A stretch of DNA of 64,000 bases, taken from assembly GCA_013626165.1 (NCBI GenBank), contig NDHX01000003.1, positions 64,115 through 128,114 on the forward strand, given 5' to 3'. Below, one piece after another: positions 55,741 to 64,000 of the stretch (position 1 is its first letter; each line of letters opens with the position of its first letter). The notes beneath the pieces are model-generated. The model searched no databases. It was not told the origin of the DNA and was given only the letters and a program-made list of their open reading frames with translations. This DNA comes from Candidatus Velesiimonas alkalicola (GTDB taxonomy: Bacteria; Omnitrophota; Gorgyraeia; Velesiimonadales; Velesiimonadaceae). Both the position numbers and the translations under genes were made by a program.

Positions 55741-57231
55741 TTAAACAACTTCCTGCTTTCTATGTGGTCTATGTAAAATCTCCATCCCTGCCATGTAAAA
55801 GAAACCCACTGAATATATTAAAAAAAACGGGCTGGTATATATAGCACCGTTAATGGCAAAATATATTGCTTTCCACAAACAAAAACAACCTAAAATTATT
55901 TCTATAAAAATAATTTTATTATAAGGAACAGAATAATCTGAAGGAATAAACCTTGTTTTTTTCTCTATACCAAACTTTGGTGTCCTTATAAACACCGGTT
56001 TTTGATTTGTAAATATAGTTTTTAATATTGCAAATGTATTATTAATACACATCCCGCAATTAACAAAAAGAAATGCGGGAAGAAGTTTTATATTATGCAG
56101 TGTCCAACTCACCCTATGCCTACCACCGGGTGTTGAACAACTTCTTGCATAAAGACAGGCTAACAGCGGGTTGCCTATTGCGACAACATAAATTGTAATT
56201 ATATGAATCAATGAAATATTGGGATGTATTCTATTAAAACCTATAGAAACAGGCAGAAGCACTACTCCCCACAAGAAAAGCAGCGGGTAGGACAGATAGT
56301 TAGTAAGATGTATAATGGCCTGGATTTTTTTAAAAAATTCCATTTTTGAAGATAATAATGCCCAGGTGTGTTTCTTGGCACACTGAAATGTTCCCTGTGC
56401 CCACCTATACTGCTGAGACTTAAAAGCAGATACATATATCGGAAGTTCAGCAGGCACAAGCACATCATGGGCATATATAAATTTCCATCCTTTCATTTGT
56501 GCCCTGTAACTTAAATCCATATCCTCTGAAACCGTTTCTCCTGACCAGTTTCCTGCATCAATAATACATTGTTTCTTCCAGATACCGGCTGTACCGTTAA
56601 AATTTATAAAACAACCTGCATAAAATCTAGCAGGCTGTTCAACCAAAAAATGTATATCAAGCATCATTGCCTGTACTTTTGTAAGAATTGAATGGTTCGG
56701 ATTGATATGTGTCCATCTTGCCTGCACCATTCCTATTTTCTCACTTGAGAAATACACCAGAAGAGATTTTAAAAAATCTTTAGGCGGAGTAAAATCAGAA
56801 TCAAATATTGCAATGAACTCACCTTTTGCGGTAGCCAACGCCTGTTTCAGGGCCCCTGCCTTAAACTCAAACCTGACATCCCTATGGATGTGTTCTATAT
56901 CAAAACCTTTTTCCTTATATTCTGCAACAATCTGTCTTGATATATCTTTCGTGATATCATCTGAATCATCAAGCACCTGTATATGCATTTTATCAGCAGG
57001 ATAGTCAAGACTACAAACCGAATCAATAAGCCTTTTTATTACATACCGTTCATTATACACAGGCAATTGAATGGTAACCATTGGCAGGTCATCCGGAAGA
57101 GGAGTCTTCTGAACACTGTCTTTTCTGTGCCACCAGGACAGTATAACAAGGATACAGATATGAAGAGAATACAGTGCCAAAAGAATAAGAACCACACTAT
57201 ATAGAATAAGCCAAACATTTTTTATATCCAT
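55741..57231 (-). CDS. Family 2 glycosyltransferase, processive type (membrane-embedded, QxxRW)
   Basis: N-terminal TM, DDSDD and DSD motifs, QQYRWAQG, and several C-terminal TM helices. Confidence 0.65.
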   Translation of the reverse strand: MDIKNVWLILYSVVLILLALYSLHICILVILSWWHRKDSVQKTPLPDDLPMVTIQLPVYNERYVIKRLIDSVCSLDYPADKMHIQVLDDSDDITKDISRQIVAEYKEKGFDIEHIHRDVRFEFKAGALKQALATAKGEFIAIFDSDFTPPKDFLKSLLVYFSSEKIGMVQARWTHINPNHSILTKVQAMMLDIHFLVEQPARFYAGCFINFNGTAGIWKKQCIIDAGNWSGETVSEDMDLSYRAQMKGWKFIYAHDVLVPAELPIYVSAFKSQQYRWAQGTFQCAKKHTWALLSSKMEFFKKIQAIIHLTNYLSYPLLFLWGVVLLPVSIGFNRIHPNISLIHIITIYVVAIGNPLLACLYARSCSTPGGRHRVSWTLHNIKLLPAFLFVNCGMCINNTFAILKTIFTNQKPVFIRTPKFGIEKKTRFIPSDYSVPYNKIIFIEIILGCFCLWKAIYFAINGAIYTSPFFLIYSVGFFYMAGMEILHRPHRKQEVV

Positions 57232-57238
57232 AAACTTA

Positions 57239-57268
57239 ATTATACCCTCATAATCAGTATTTGGTCAA
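57239..57268 (-). promoter_or_regulatory. Putative promoter (TTGACC, 18 nt, TATAAT) giving a near-leaderless transcript of the GT2 gene
   Basis: Read on the minus strand. The -35 is embedded in the 13-nt palindrome ggtcaagttgacc. The -10 ends 7 nt before the ATG. Confidence 0.35.
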
Positions 57269-57347
57269 GTTGACCCGACGGGGGTTCTGAAATTCCAACA
57301 TTAAAGATTAAACAAGTATTTCATTCTTATATCGGAATTTCAAGAAG

Positions 57348-57920
57348 TTAAACAAAACTCTTGACGATATTTTTACCACTTTCTCTGGCTGATTTTAATG
57401 CACCCTTAACTTCTTTTATCTGTCCTTTTTTATCTACACCTGAATAAATGAGTTTTCCCTTATAATCCGTATCTGTGATTGCAAAAAATATTTTGACCAG
57501 ACTTTCTGCAGACTTAAAAAAATCTGTTCTTTTCATTCCTCCTACACTTATAAAAAAACCTGCTGCTTTTTTGTCTTTTAATTTCTTCTTTAAAATATAT
57601 TTGACAACCCACAGACACTGGCATCTATCTATTACTGCCTTAATTTGTGCCGTAGGGCTTCCAAAAAATATAGGAGAGGCAATAACAATTATCTGAGAAT
57701 CTAAAATCTTAGGATAAAATTGTTTTAGTTCATCATCCAATACACAGATACCTGTTTTACGACACCCACTACATTCCTGACAGGCTCTGAAATTTAATTC
57801 ATTAAGCACAATCTTTTCAACCGTGGCCTTTGCTTCTCTTGCTCCTTCAAGAAATTGGTCCAGAAGAATCTCTGTGTTACCGTTTCTTCTTGGACTTCCC
57901 AGAATACCAAGTACCTTCAT
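57348..57920 (-). CDS. Iron-sulfur flavoprotein / NADPH-dependent FMN reductase family
   Basis: Flavodoxin-like start MKVLGILGSPRRNGNT, plus a compact Cys cluster CQECSGCRKTGIC (Cx2Cx2Cx5C) as in Isf proteins. Confidence 0.55.
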   Translation of the reverse strand: MKVLGILGSPRRNGNTEILLDQFLEGAREAKATVEKIVLNELNFRACQECSGCRKTGICVLDDELKQFYPKILDSQIIVIASPIFFGSPTAQIKAVIDRCQCLWVVKYILKKKLKDKKAAGFFISVGGMKRTDFFKSAESLVKIFFAITDTDYKGKLIYSGVDKKGQIKEVKGALKSARESGKNIVKSFV

Positions 57921-58743
57921 TTTTGCCTATCTTTCTTTTAAAACTTTTCTTTAGAAATGAAATTTTTTCCTCCGCCATATCAGCAAGATCCGGGTCATCT
58001 GATGCAACATCTTTTGCTTTTTTATATGCAAAAAATGCCTCTCTTATATTTCCGAACTTTTCACAGAGATTAGCAAGTTCCCAGTGATTCCAGAAATTTT
58101 CAGGCTCTATACTGCATGCCGCTGACAGGGCCTTTACGCCTTCCTTCAATTTCCTGACCCCGCATGCTCCGAGTATAACGCCTTTTAAAACAAGCATTTC
58201 TGTGTTATCCTGTTCAACCGATAAAACCCTATCAACAGAACGGATTGCCATATCACAATAAAATCTAAAATCTTTTTTCCTTCTCCTGCCATAGTATCTT
58301 TCATTTGCCACTGTCCAACACAACTGGGCAAAAAGAAAATGTATATGTGTTGTTTTTTCACTGTATTCAATCGCAAGAAGATATTCTTTTAATGCCAATG
58401 AATATTTCCCAACCATTTGGGCTGCATATCCTAAGACGCAATGCAGTTGTGGATCCTGCGGAAAAGTCTTGACAAATGAAAAAAGGTTGGGTATTATATA
58501 ACCTCTTATTGCTGATACAAAAATCTGAGCCTGCCTGTTCACAAACTCTGCTACGTCTTCTTGTTCCTCTAATACATTCAACTGCCAGGATGCCTTGTCT
58601 ATACGGATAAAATCTTCCATAACATCTGCTATATTTCTATTGCCCTGTTTATTCAGGATTAAATATTCAAAAGTATTATGTAATGGATGCGCCGGGTCAT
58701 CCACCGGAACCGAAAGATTTATTTTCATATATCTCCTTTCCAC
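57877..58743 (-). CDS. TPR repeat protein
   Basis: Repeated TPR-like helices. Its 3' end overlaps the start of the flavoprotein gene by 44 nt. Confidence 0.5.
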   Translation of the reverse strand: MERRYMKINLSVPVDDPAHPLHNTFEYLILNKQGNRNIADVMEDFIRIDKASWQLNVLEEQEDVAEFVNRQAQIFVSAIRGYIIPNLFSFVKTFPQDPQLHCVLGYAAQMVGKYSLALKEYLLAIEYSEKTTHIHFLFAQLCWTVANERYYGRRRKKDFRFYCDMAIRSVDRVLSVEQDNTEMLVLKGVILGACGVRKLKEGVKALSAACSIEPENFWNHWELANLCEKFGNIREAFFAYKKAKDVASDDPDLADMAEEKISFLKKSFKRKIGKNEGTWYSGKSKKKR

Positions 58744-58757
58744 CTACCTGCTATCTA

Positions 58758-60476
58758 CTACCTTTTCAGTGTTTTAAGCATCTTATCCAAAGGCAATGTA
58801 TTTATCACATCCTTTGCATCAAGCCAACCTCTTCTTGCAACAAAAATACCGAACCTCATATGCTCCATCTGTGATGTTGAATGTGCATCTGTTGATATCA
58901 CAAATTTAGCACCCATATCCCTTGCAAGTTTTGTATTGATATCATTAAGGTCAAGCCGTTGAGGATGCGCATTTATTTCAAAAATAACATTATAATCAAC
59001 CGCACACTTTATAATATCTTTTATATTCACAGCATAAGATTCTCTCCCCATGATAATTCTTCCCGTAGGATGTCCAAGTATATTAAGATAAGAATTTTTC
59101 ATAGCCTTTATTATTCTTTTCGTCATCTGTTCTTCTCCCATCTTGGTATGATAGTGCACAGCTCCTATTACAATCTGGCATTGCCTTAATACCTCATCTG
59201 ATATATCAAGGTTCCCATCTTCAAGTATATCAACCTCAATACCTGTAAGCAAATTAAAATTCTTAAATCTTTCAGATATTTTTCTTATATTTTCTATATG
59301 CTTCAATAATTGTTTATCATCAAGTCCATGTGCAATCTTCACTTCTTTTGAATGGTCTGTTATTGCAAGATAACTATACCCCAAAGAGATTGCTTTTTCC
59401 GCCATCTGTTCTATGGTATCTCTTCCATCGGTTGCAACAGTATGAACCTGCAGGTCAGCTTTTATATCCTTTAATTCAATAAGCTTCGGTAGACTTGCTT
59501 TTTCTGCTTGTTCTATTTCTCCTCTGTTTTCCCTTAATTCAGGAGGTATAAATTGTAAGTCCACAGACTTAAATATTTCCTCTTCTGCTGCGCCTCCGAG
59601 AGGGTATTCGTCTTCTGCCCTGAATATCCCATATTCACTTATTTTTAATCCTTGTTTTTTGCCCCTGTCACGAATAGCAATATTATGTTCTTTTGAGCCT
59701 GTAAAATAATGCATACCTGCACCAAACGATTTCTGTTCAAGAACCCTTATATCTACATTTACACCATTAAGAAGTTTTATACTTGACTTTGTCTGTCCTT
59801 TTGAAAGGACACTCTGGACATCTGGGAACTTAACAAACCTATCCATCACAGAGGAAGGATCATCTACTATTGCAAGTATATCAATATCTTTTATGGTTTC
59901 TTTTCTTCTTCTTAAACTTCCCACTACCTCAAGTCTTTTTATACTCTTTGACTGTTTTAAGTATTTTATAAGTCCATCTGCAATCTCCATTGCAACATCT
60001 AAACGAATTCTTCCCTGTCCATCCTTAAAATGTTTTATTGCTTTTATAAGGTTTTGCTCTGTCTTTTCCCCCATACCCGGAAGGTCTTTTATTCTTCCTT
60101 CCTTCAATGCCTGATAAAGACTTTCTATATCTTTTATACCAAGTTTATCATAGATAATTTTTACCTTTTTAGGCCCCAATCCTTCAAGCCTCATAAGCAC
60201 AATAAGTCCTTCCGGAACCTTCTGAAGAAGTTCTTCAAGGTAAGATAACTTACCCCTGCTTACTATTTCCTGAATTTTCTCTGCACTTCCCTGCCCGATA
60301 CAGGATATTGATTTAAGTTCTTTACCCTGCTGGAAGATATCTTCCATTCTTTCCGGATAATCCTCAATAACGCGGGCTGCATTTCTATATGCTCGCACCT
60401 TGAACTGATTTTCTCCAAGTATGTCAAGGATATCAGCAACCTCTGAGAAAATATCTGCAATCTGTTTGTTTTCCAT
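58758..60476 (-). CDS. polX: DNA polymerase X family protein with C-terminal PHP phosphoesterase domain
   Basis: Pol-beta-like helix-hairpin-helix core (GIGQGSAEKI, GLGPKKV, MHYFTGS). The PHP domain has the His/Asp metal ligands (LQVHT..., ITDHS, STDAHS). I prefer the start at MENKQIADIF; the ORF extends to 60518. Confidence 0.8.
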   Translation of the reverse strand: MENKQIADIFSEVADILDILGENQFKVRAYRNAARVIEDYPERMEDIFQQGKELKSISCIGQGSAEKIQEIVSRGKLSYLEELLQKVPEGLIVLMRLEGLGPKKVKIIYDKLGIKDIESLYQALKEGRIKDLPGMGEKTEQNLIKAIKHFKDGQGRIRLDVAMEIADGLIKYLKQSKSIKRLEVVGSLRRRKETIKDIDILAIVDDPSSVMDRFVKFPDVQSVLSKGQTKSSIKLLNGVNVDIRVLEQKSFGAGMHYFTGSKEHNIAIRDRGKKQGLKISEYGIFRAEDEYPLGGAAEEEIFKSVDLQFIPPELRENRGEIEQAEKASLPKLIELKDIKADLQVHTVATDGRDTIEQMAEKAISLGYSYLAITDHSKEVKIAHGLDDKQLLKHIENIRKISERFKNFNLLTGIEVDILEDGNLDISDEVLRQCQIVIGAVHYHTKMGEEQMTKRIIKAMKNSYLNILGHPTGRIIMGRESYAVNIKDIIKCAVDYNVIFEINAHPQRLDLNDINTKLARDMGAKFVISTDAHSTSQMEHMRFGIFVARRGWLDAKDVINTLPLDKMLKTLKR

Positions 60477-60507
60477 AATATGGGGTCTGTTGAAAAACTC
60501 ATCAGAC

Positions 60508-60597
60508 CCTGATTCCACAGATTAAAAAACAGATTACACAGATTAAAACCCGATGACAAAATCGGTGTAATCTTTCAAAAATCTGTGTAATCAGGGC
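60508..60597. repeat. Palindromic repeat, family C copy 2 (ccctgattccacagattaaaaaacagattacacagattaaaa ... aatctgtgtaatcaggg)
   Basis: Terminal inverted repeats ccctgattccacagatt / aatctgtgtaatcaggg. Internal hairpin cccgatgacaaaatcgg. Confidence 0.7.
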
Positions 60598-60609
60598 TTA
60601 CTGTAATAT

Positions 60610-61422
60610 TTACAGGTGCTTTAAAATAACATACATTACAGGAACAGAAAAAATCAGGCTATCTATTATATCCATAACCCCGCCTAAACCGGGGAAAATG
60701 TTACCCGAATCTTTTACCTGACAATCTCTTTTTATCAAAGATTCGGAAAAGTCTCCAATCTGACCGAACACTGTTAAAACAATTGAAAGCAAACCCGTCT
60801 GCCAGATGCCAAACGGCAGACTCCCCTTTATAGAAATACCTGCTAATGTCCCAAATATTAGTGCCCCTACAAAACCCTCTATTGTTTTTTTAGGGCTTAT
60901 CCTTGCAATGAGCAGATGTTTTCCAAACAACGAACCTGATATATACGCACCGGCATCTGCCATCTTTGTAACAAATACGACAAAAAATGCCATCCACCTT
61001 CCGTCATACCCGTCCACTGTTCTTAACCTTATAATAAAACTAAAAAGCCAGGATATATAGATAATACCGAATATTGTTGTGGCTATAGCAATGACCGCAT
61101 TCTGACTATCAAACCTGAATATCTGAAGAACGAATACTGAAATAAGTGCAGATATTATAAGAAACACTTCCCAGCCTGGTGTAGGTATGAACTCTCTTAT
61201 TATACTTAAAGGTATCAATACGCCTACAACTATCCCAAAAAATCTGAACAACTGTATTCCCTTTAACTTTAACATTGTAAAAAACTCATAAAGAGCAAAA
61301 CCGATTACCAGGGTTACAACAAGTCCGAACCAGAAAGACGGTAAAAATAAAAGAGCAAGCATTCCCAGTGCCCCGAGTATGATTGCCATAATTATACGCA
61401 AGAAAGGTGTCTGCTTCATCAC
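60610..61422 (-). CDS. cdsA: Phosphatidate cytidylyltransferase
   Basis: Multi-TM protein with the C-terminal CDS signature SLIKRDCQVKDSGNIFPGLGGVMDIIDS. Confidence 0.85.
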   Translation of the reverse strand: MMKQTPFLRIIMAIILGALGMLALLFLPSFWFGLVVTLVIGFALYEFFTMLKLKGIQLFRFFGIVVGVLIPLSIIREFIPTPGWEVFLIISALISVFVLQIFRFDSQNAVIAIATTIFGIIYISWLFSFIIRLRTVDGYDGRWMAFFVVFVTKMADAGAYISGSLFGKHLLIARISPKKTIEGFVGALIFGTLAGISIKGSLPFGIWQTGLLSIVLTVFGQIGDFSESLIKRDCQVKDSGNIFPGLGGVMDIIDSLIFSVPVMYVILKHL

Positions 61423-62120
61423 AGCCCTCCAAATCTTCTATGCCTTTTCAAACAGTCTTGTATTGCAGATTCTAAATCTTTTCTATCAAAGTCAGGCCAG
61501 AGTTTATCCGTTATATATATTTCTGTATATGAAACCTGCCATAAAAGAAAATTACTCAACCTCATCTGTCCGCCTGTTCTTATTAAAATGTCTGGGTCCG
61601 GCATATCTTTTGTATATAAATAAGATGAAAACATATTCTCACTAAGGTCTTCGGGTTTGTGCTTTCCTCCAATACAATCCCTTGAAAATTTTTTCACAGC
61701 CCCCACAATCTCTTTTCTTGCGCCATAATTTAATGCAAGATTAAGAACAAGTCCCTTGTTTTTTTGCAATATCTGTTTTGCCCTTTCAAGTTCCTGTTTT
61801 GCAAAATTCGGAATCTCTTCTATATTTCCAATTGTCATAAGACAGACATTGTTTTTGTTAAGTTCTTCAACCTCTTTTCTTAAAAACTCTTTCAACAGTC
61901 TCATAAGTCCCTGGATCTCTAATTTAGGACGCCTCCAGTTTTCTGTTGAGAATGCATACAGTGTAAGATACTTTATACCCATATCGGCACAGACTTGGAC
62001 AATTTTTTTTACAGTTTTTACACCCTGTCCGTGTCCTGCAAGACGAGGAAGTCCTCTTAATCTTGCCCATCTTCCATTTCCATCCATAATGATCGCAATA
62101 TGTTTTGGTATGTTTTTCAT
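61419..62120 (-). CDS. uppS: Undecaprenyl-diphosphate synthase (cis-prenyltransferase)
   Basis: HIAIIMDGNGRWA. I chose the start at MKNIPKH; the longer ORF to 62195 would overlap the upstream gene. Confidence 0.85.
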   Translation of the reverse strand: MKNIPKHIAIIMDGNGRWARLRGLPRLAGHGQGVKTVKKIVQVCADMGIKYLTLYAFSTENWRRPKLEIQGLMRLLKEFLRKEVEELNKNNVCLMTIGNIEEIPNFAKQELERAKQILQKNKGLVLNLALNYGARKEIVGAVKKFSRDCIGGKHKPEDLSENMFSSYLYTKDMPDPDILIRTGGQMRLSNFLLWQVSYTEIYITDKLWPDFDRKDLESAIQDCLKRHRRFGGL

Positions 62121-62164
62121 AATATGTGTTAGATCCCCCCTGCCTGCTTGGCAGGCAGAAAATA

Positions 62165-63169
62165 TTAAAACACCCCTGATATTTTCCTGCCACAATCAGG
62201 ACATATATCTTTCTTTATATTGTTTTCTAAAACAGAAAACCCTGACCTTTTTATAAGCAGTTTAGAACACTGCGGACATTTTGTAGACTCTGTTTGACCT
62301 TCTTCGGATATATTGCCAGCGTATACATACTTAAATCCCATTTTTAAGGCATTTTCCCTGTATTTATAAACTGTTTGTTCGGGGGTTGGATAATGGTTAG
62401 AAAATTTATATGCAGGGAAAAATCTTGAAAAATGCCATGGCATCTCGGGGTCTATATCAAAAAACTTTTTTGATAACATATCAAATGTTTTATTATTATC
62501 ATTGTATTCGGGTATAAGAAGGGTTGTTATCTCAACCCATATGCCAAGTTTTTTCATTCTTCTTATATTCTGTAGTACAGGTTCAAACCTGGCCTTACAG
62601 ACTGATGTATAAAAATCCTCGTTGCCTTTCACATCCACATTTGCAGCATCTAAATATGGGGCTATCATCTCTAATGCATCAGGGCTTATGAAACCATTTG
62701 TTACAAAATTATTTTTAAGCCCCTGTTGTTTTGCTATCTTGCAACAATCATATACAAATTCAAAAAATATGGTAGGTTCTGTATATGTATAGGATATGCT
62801 TTGACAGTTATATTGAAGAGCCTTTTTAATAACCTGTTCAGGGCCGACATCAGGAACATCTGGAAATATACCCATGCGCGGCGCCTGTGCCATTTCATAA
62901 TTTTGACAGAATCCGCACTGGAAATTACAACCAACTGTTGAAATTGAATAGGAAAAACTTCCTGGAAGGAAATGAAAAAATGGTTTTTTTTCAATAGGGT
63001 CTATATTGTCTGCAACAATTTTTCCGTACACAAGAGTATAAAGTGTACCTTCTTTGTTTATCCTTACACTACATATACCTGCGCTGTTGTTTGTTATAAC
63101 ACAAAAATGATTGCAGAGTCTGCATATTACCTTCTTATCTTCTAATTTCTCATAAAAAAGTGCCTTATG
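62165..63169 (-). CDS. AmmeMemoRadiSam-system-type radical SAM enzyme (PflA-like activase family)
   Basis: N-terminal CRLCNHFC...C zinc-ribbon-like segment, then radical-SAM cluster CNFQCGFCQN. No AMMECR1 or MEMO1 partner is visible in the window. Confidence 0.6.
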   Translation of the reverse strand, partial: HKALFYEKLEDKKVICRLCNHFCVITNNSAGICSVRINKEGTLYTLVYGKIVADNIDPIEKKPFFHFLPGSFSYSISTVGCNFQCGFCQNYEMAQAPRMGIFPDVPDVGPEQVIKKALQYNCQSISYTYTEPTIFFEFVYDCCKIAKQQGLKNNFVTNGFISPDALEMIAPYLDAANVDVKGNEDFYTSVCKARFEPVLQNIRRMKKLGIWVEITTLLIPEYNDNNKTFDMLSKKFFDIDPEMPWHFSRFFPAYKFSNHYPTPEQTVYKYRENALKMGFKYVYAGNISEEGQTESTKCPQCSKLLIKRSGFSVLENNIKKDICPDCGRKISGVF

Positions 63170-63199
63170 CATAAAAAATAATTTAACACAGATAACCAC

Positions 63200-64000
63200 A
63201 CAATGTCAAGCATTGGGCTTATCTGCCCCTCCTGAAAAAGTTAAGATACATATGCGACGTTAAAGGTTAGGTTTTTTTCTGGTTTTTGGTTAATTTATTT
63301 ATATAAATTAAGTAATAGCCGAAGACTGAAAAAAACAGTAATCACCATAAAAAAATAAAATAGACCGTTTTATGCTCAGTACACCCTCATTTATAGTAGA
63401 ATAAGCCTCAATAAGGAGATGGTTAGAATGGTGGACAGCCTAAGAAAATATTCTAAAAGTAAAGTAGTGTAAAAAATGTTAAAGATAATAAAGTTTTATA
63501 AGCAATATAGAGAAAAAGAGAAAGTTTACTGAACAAGGAAAAAAAAGACAAAAGATACCTTTGACCTGTTATGAATTTTCCAAAAACCTCACATTACAGA
63601 TAATAGATAATAGGACAGGATGATTGTAGTTATAAGTAGCACATTGCCCCCGAAGTGGCTACTCAGGTGCCTGTTGTTCAGGCTTACCCATTGCCCTATG
63701 CGATAGTTGTAATTTAAGGTGTGGTAGTCTCTTTTCCTTAAATAGCCTGTGGTAAGAATCTTCTCAAATCTTTAGAAAGACCATTTTCTTAGTGTATTCT
63801 TCAAGGTAGTATTCTAAACAGCTGCAAGGGTCTAATCTATTAAAAGATAGCTCTGGGTTATTGTAAAAAGACAGCTTTTATTTCTCCCCTATCTTAGAGT
63901 AATTGCTGTAGTAATTTTTCCTGCCAAGGACTGACATCTTAAAACATCTTTCTGCCAGATTATTATCTATAGGTACAAAAGGTGCTTTGCAAAGATAGTC
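63200..64000. other. ORF-free 800-bp region at the window end (no ORF of 60 aa or more on either strand)
   Basis: From the ORF track and direct read. The segment around 63640-63740 is locally G+C-richer (agtagcacattgcccccgaagtggctactcaggtgcctg...). Confidence 0.5.

Noticed and set aside
63598-63972. Apparent inverted repeats cagataatagataatagg and cagattattatctatagg flanking the last 370 bp
   Set aside because: They are AT-rich and low-complexity. Only an 11-mer is inverted in place and there are no convincing TIRs, so this is likely chance.

Overview
This is about 64 kb of a low-G+C bacterial chromosome. Assigned genes are bacterial-type: FtsH, PNPase, EF-Ts/RRF/S2, AcpS, Mur ligases and UppS. 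They are densely packed and almost all on the minus strand. The window carries a substantial set of archaeal-type metabolic genes alongside them. I made all calls by reading the translated ORFs and the DNA by eye, with no searches, so family assignments rest on recognised motifs.

From left to right the window contains:
- folP (truncated at the window edge) and ftsH;
- an orphan YgiT-type zinc-finger gene;
- a translationally coupled TPR protein and 1096-aa GH13-like protein;
- a G+C-rich gdhA;
- a V-type ATPase operon, atpI-K-E-C-F-A, that stops after subunit A with no B or D;
- nnrD, acpS, fba and pfkA;
- a PpiD/SurA-like chaperone;
- an intact ThuA gene beside a decayed Gfo/Idh/MocA gene;
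- a secreted protein with a Met/Pro/Gly tandem repeat;
- aroD, tRNA-Cys, dut, pnp, rpsO, tRNA-Gly, tgt, nadC, htrA and cspA (plus strand, long leader);
- the tpiA-pgk-gap operon;
- an island of visibly higher G+C (LarB/PurE-like protein, murD, ilvD, folC, archaeal-type PEP carboxylase, sugar-phosphate isomerase), bounded and interrupted by a queF pseudogene, a 160-bp palindrome and a MITE-like element;
- ribBA, tRNA-Glu, tRNA-Lys and the frr-pyrH-tsf-rpsB operon;
- trxA and an Rnf cluster, rnfC-D-G-B, with no rnfA or rnfE;
- archaeal-type 3-dehydroquinate synthesis genes (aroA' and aroB') and hisC;
- a family 2 glycosyltransferase, an iron-sulfur flavoprotein, a TPR protein, PolX, cdsA-uppS, and an AmmeMemoRadiSam-type radical SAM enzyme;
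- an ORF-free 800-bp tail.

Several dispersed repeat families fill the intercistronic spacers. I saw no CRISPR array, rRNA or obvious prophage.
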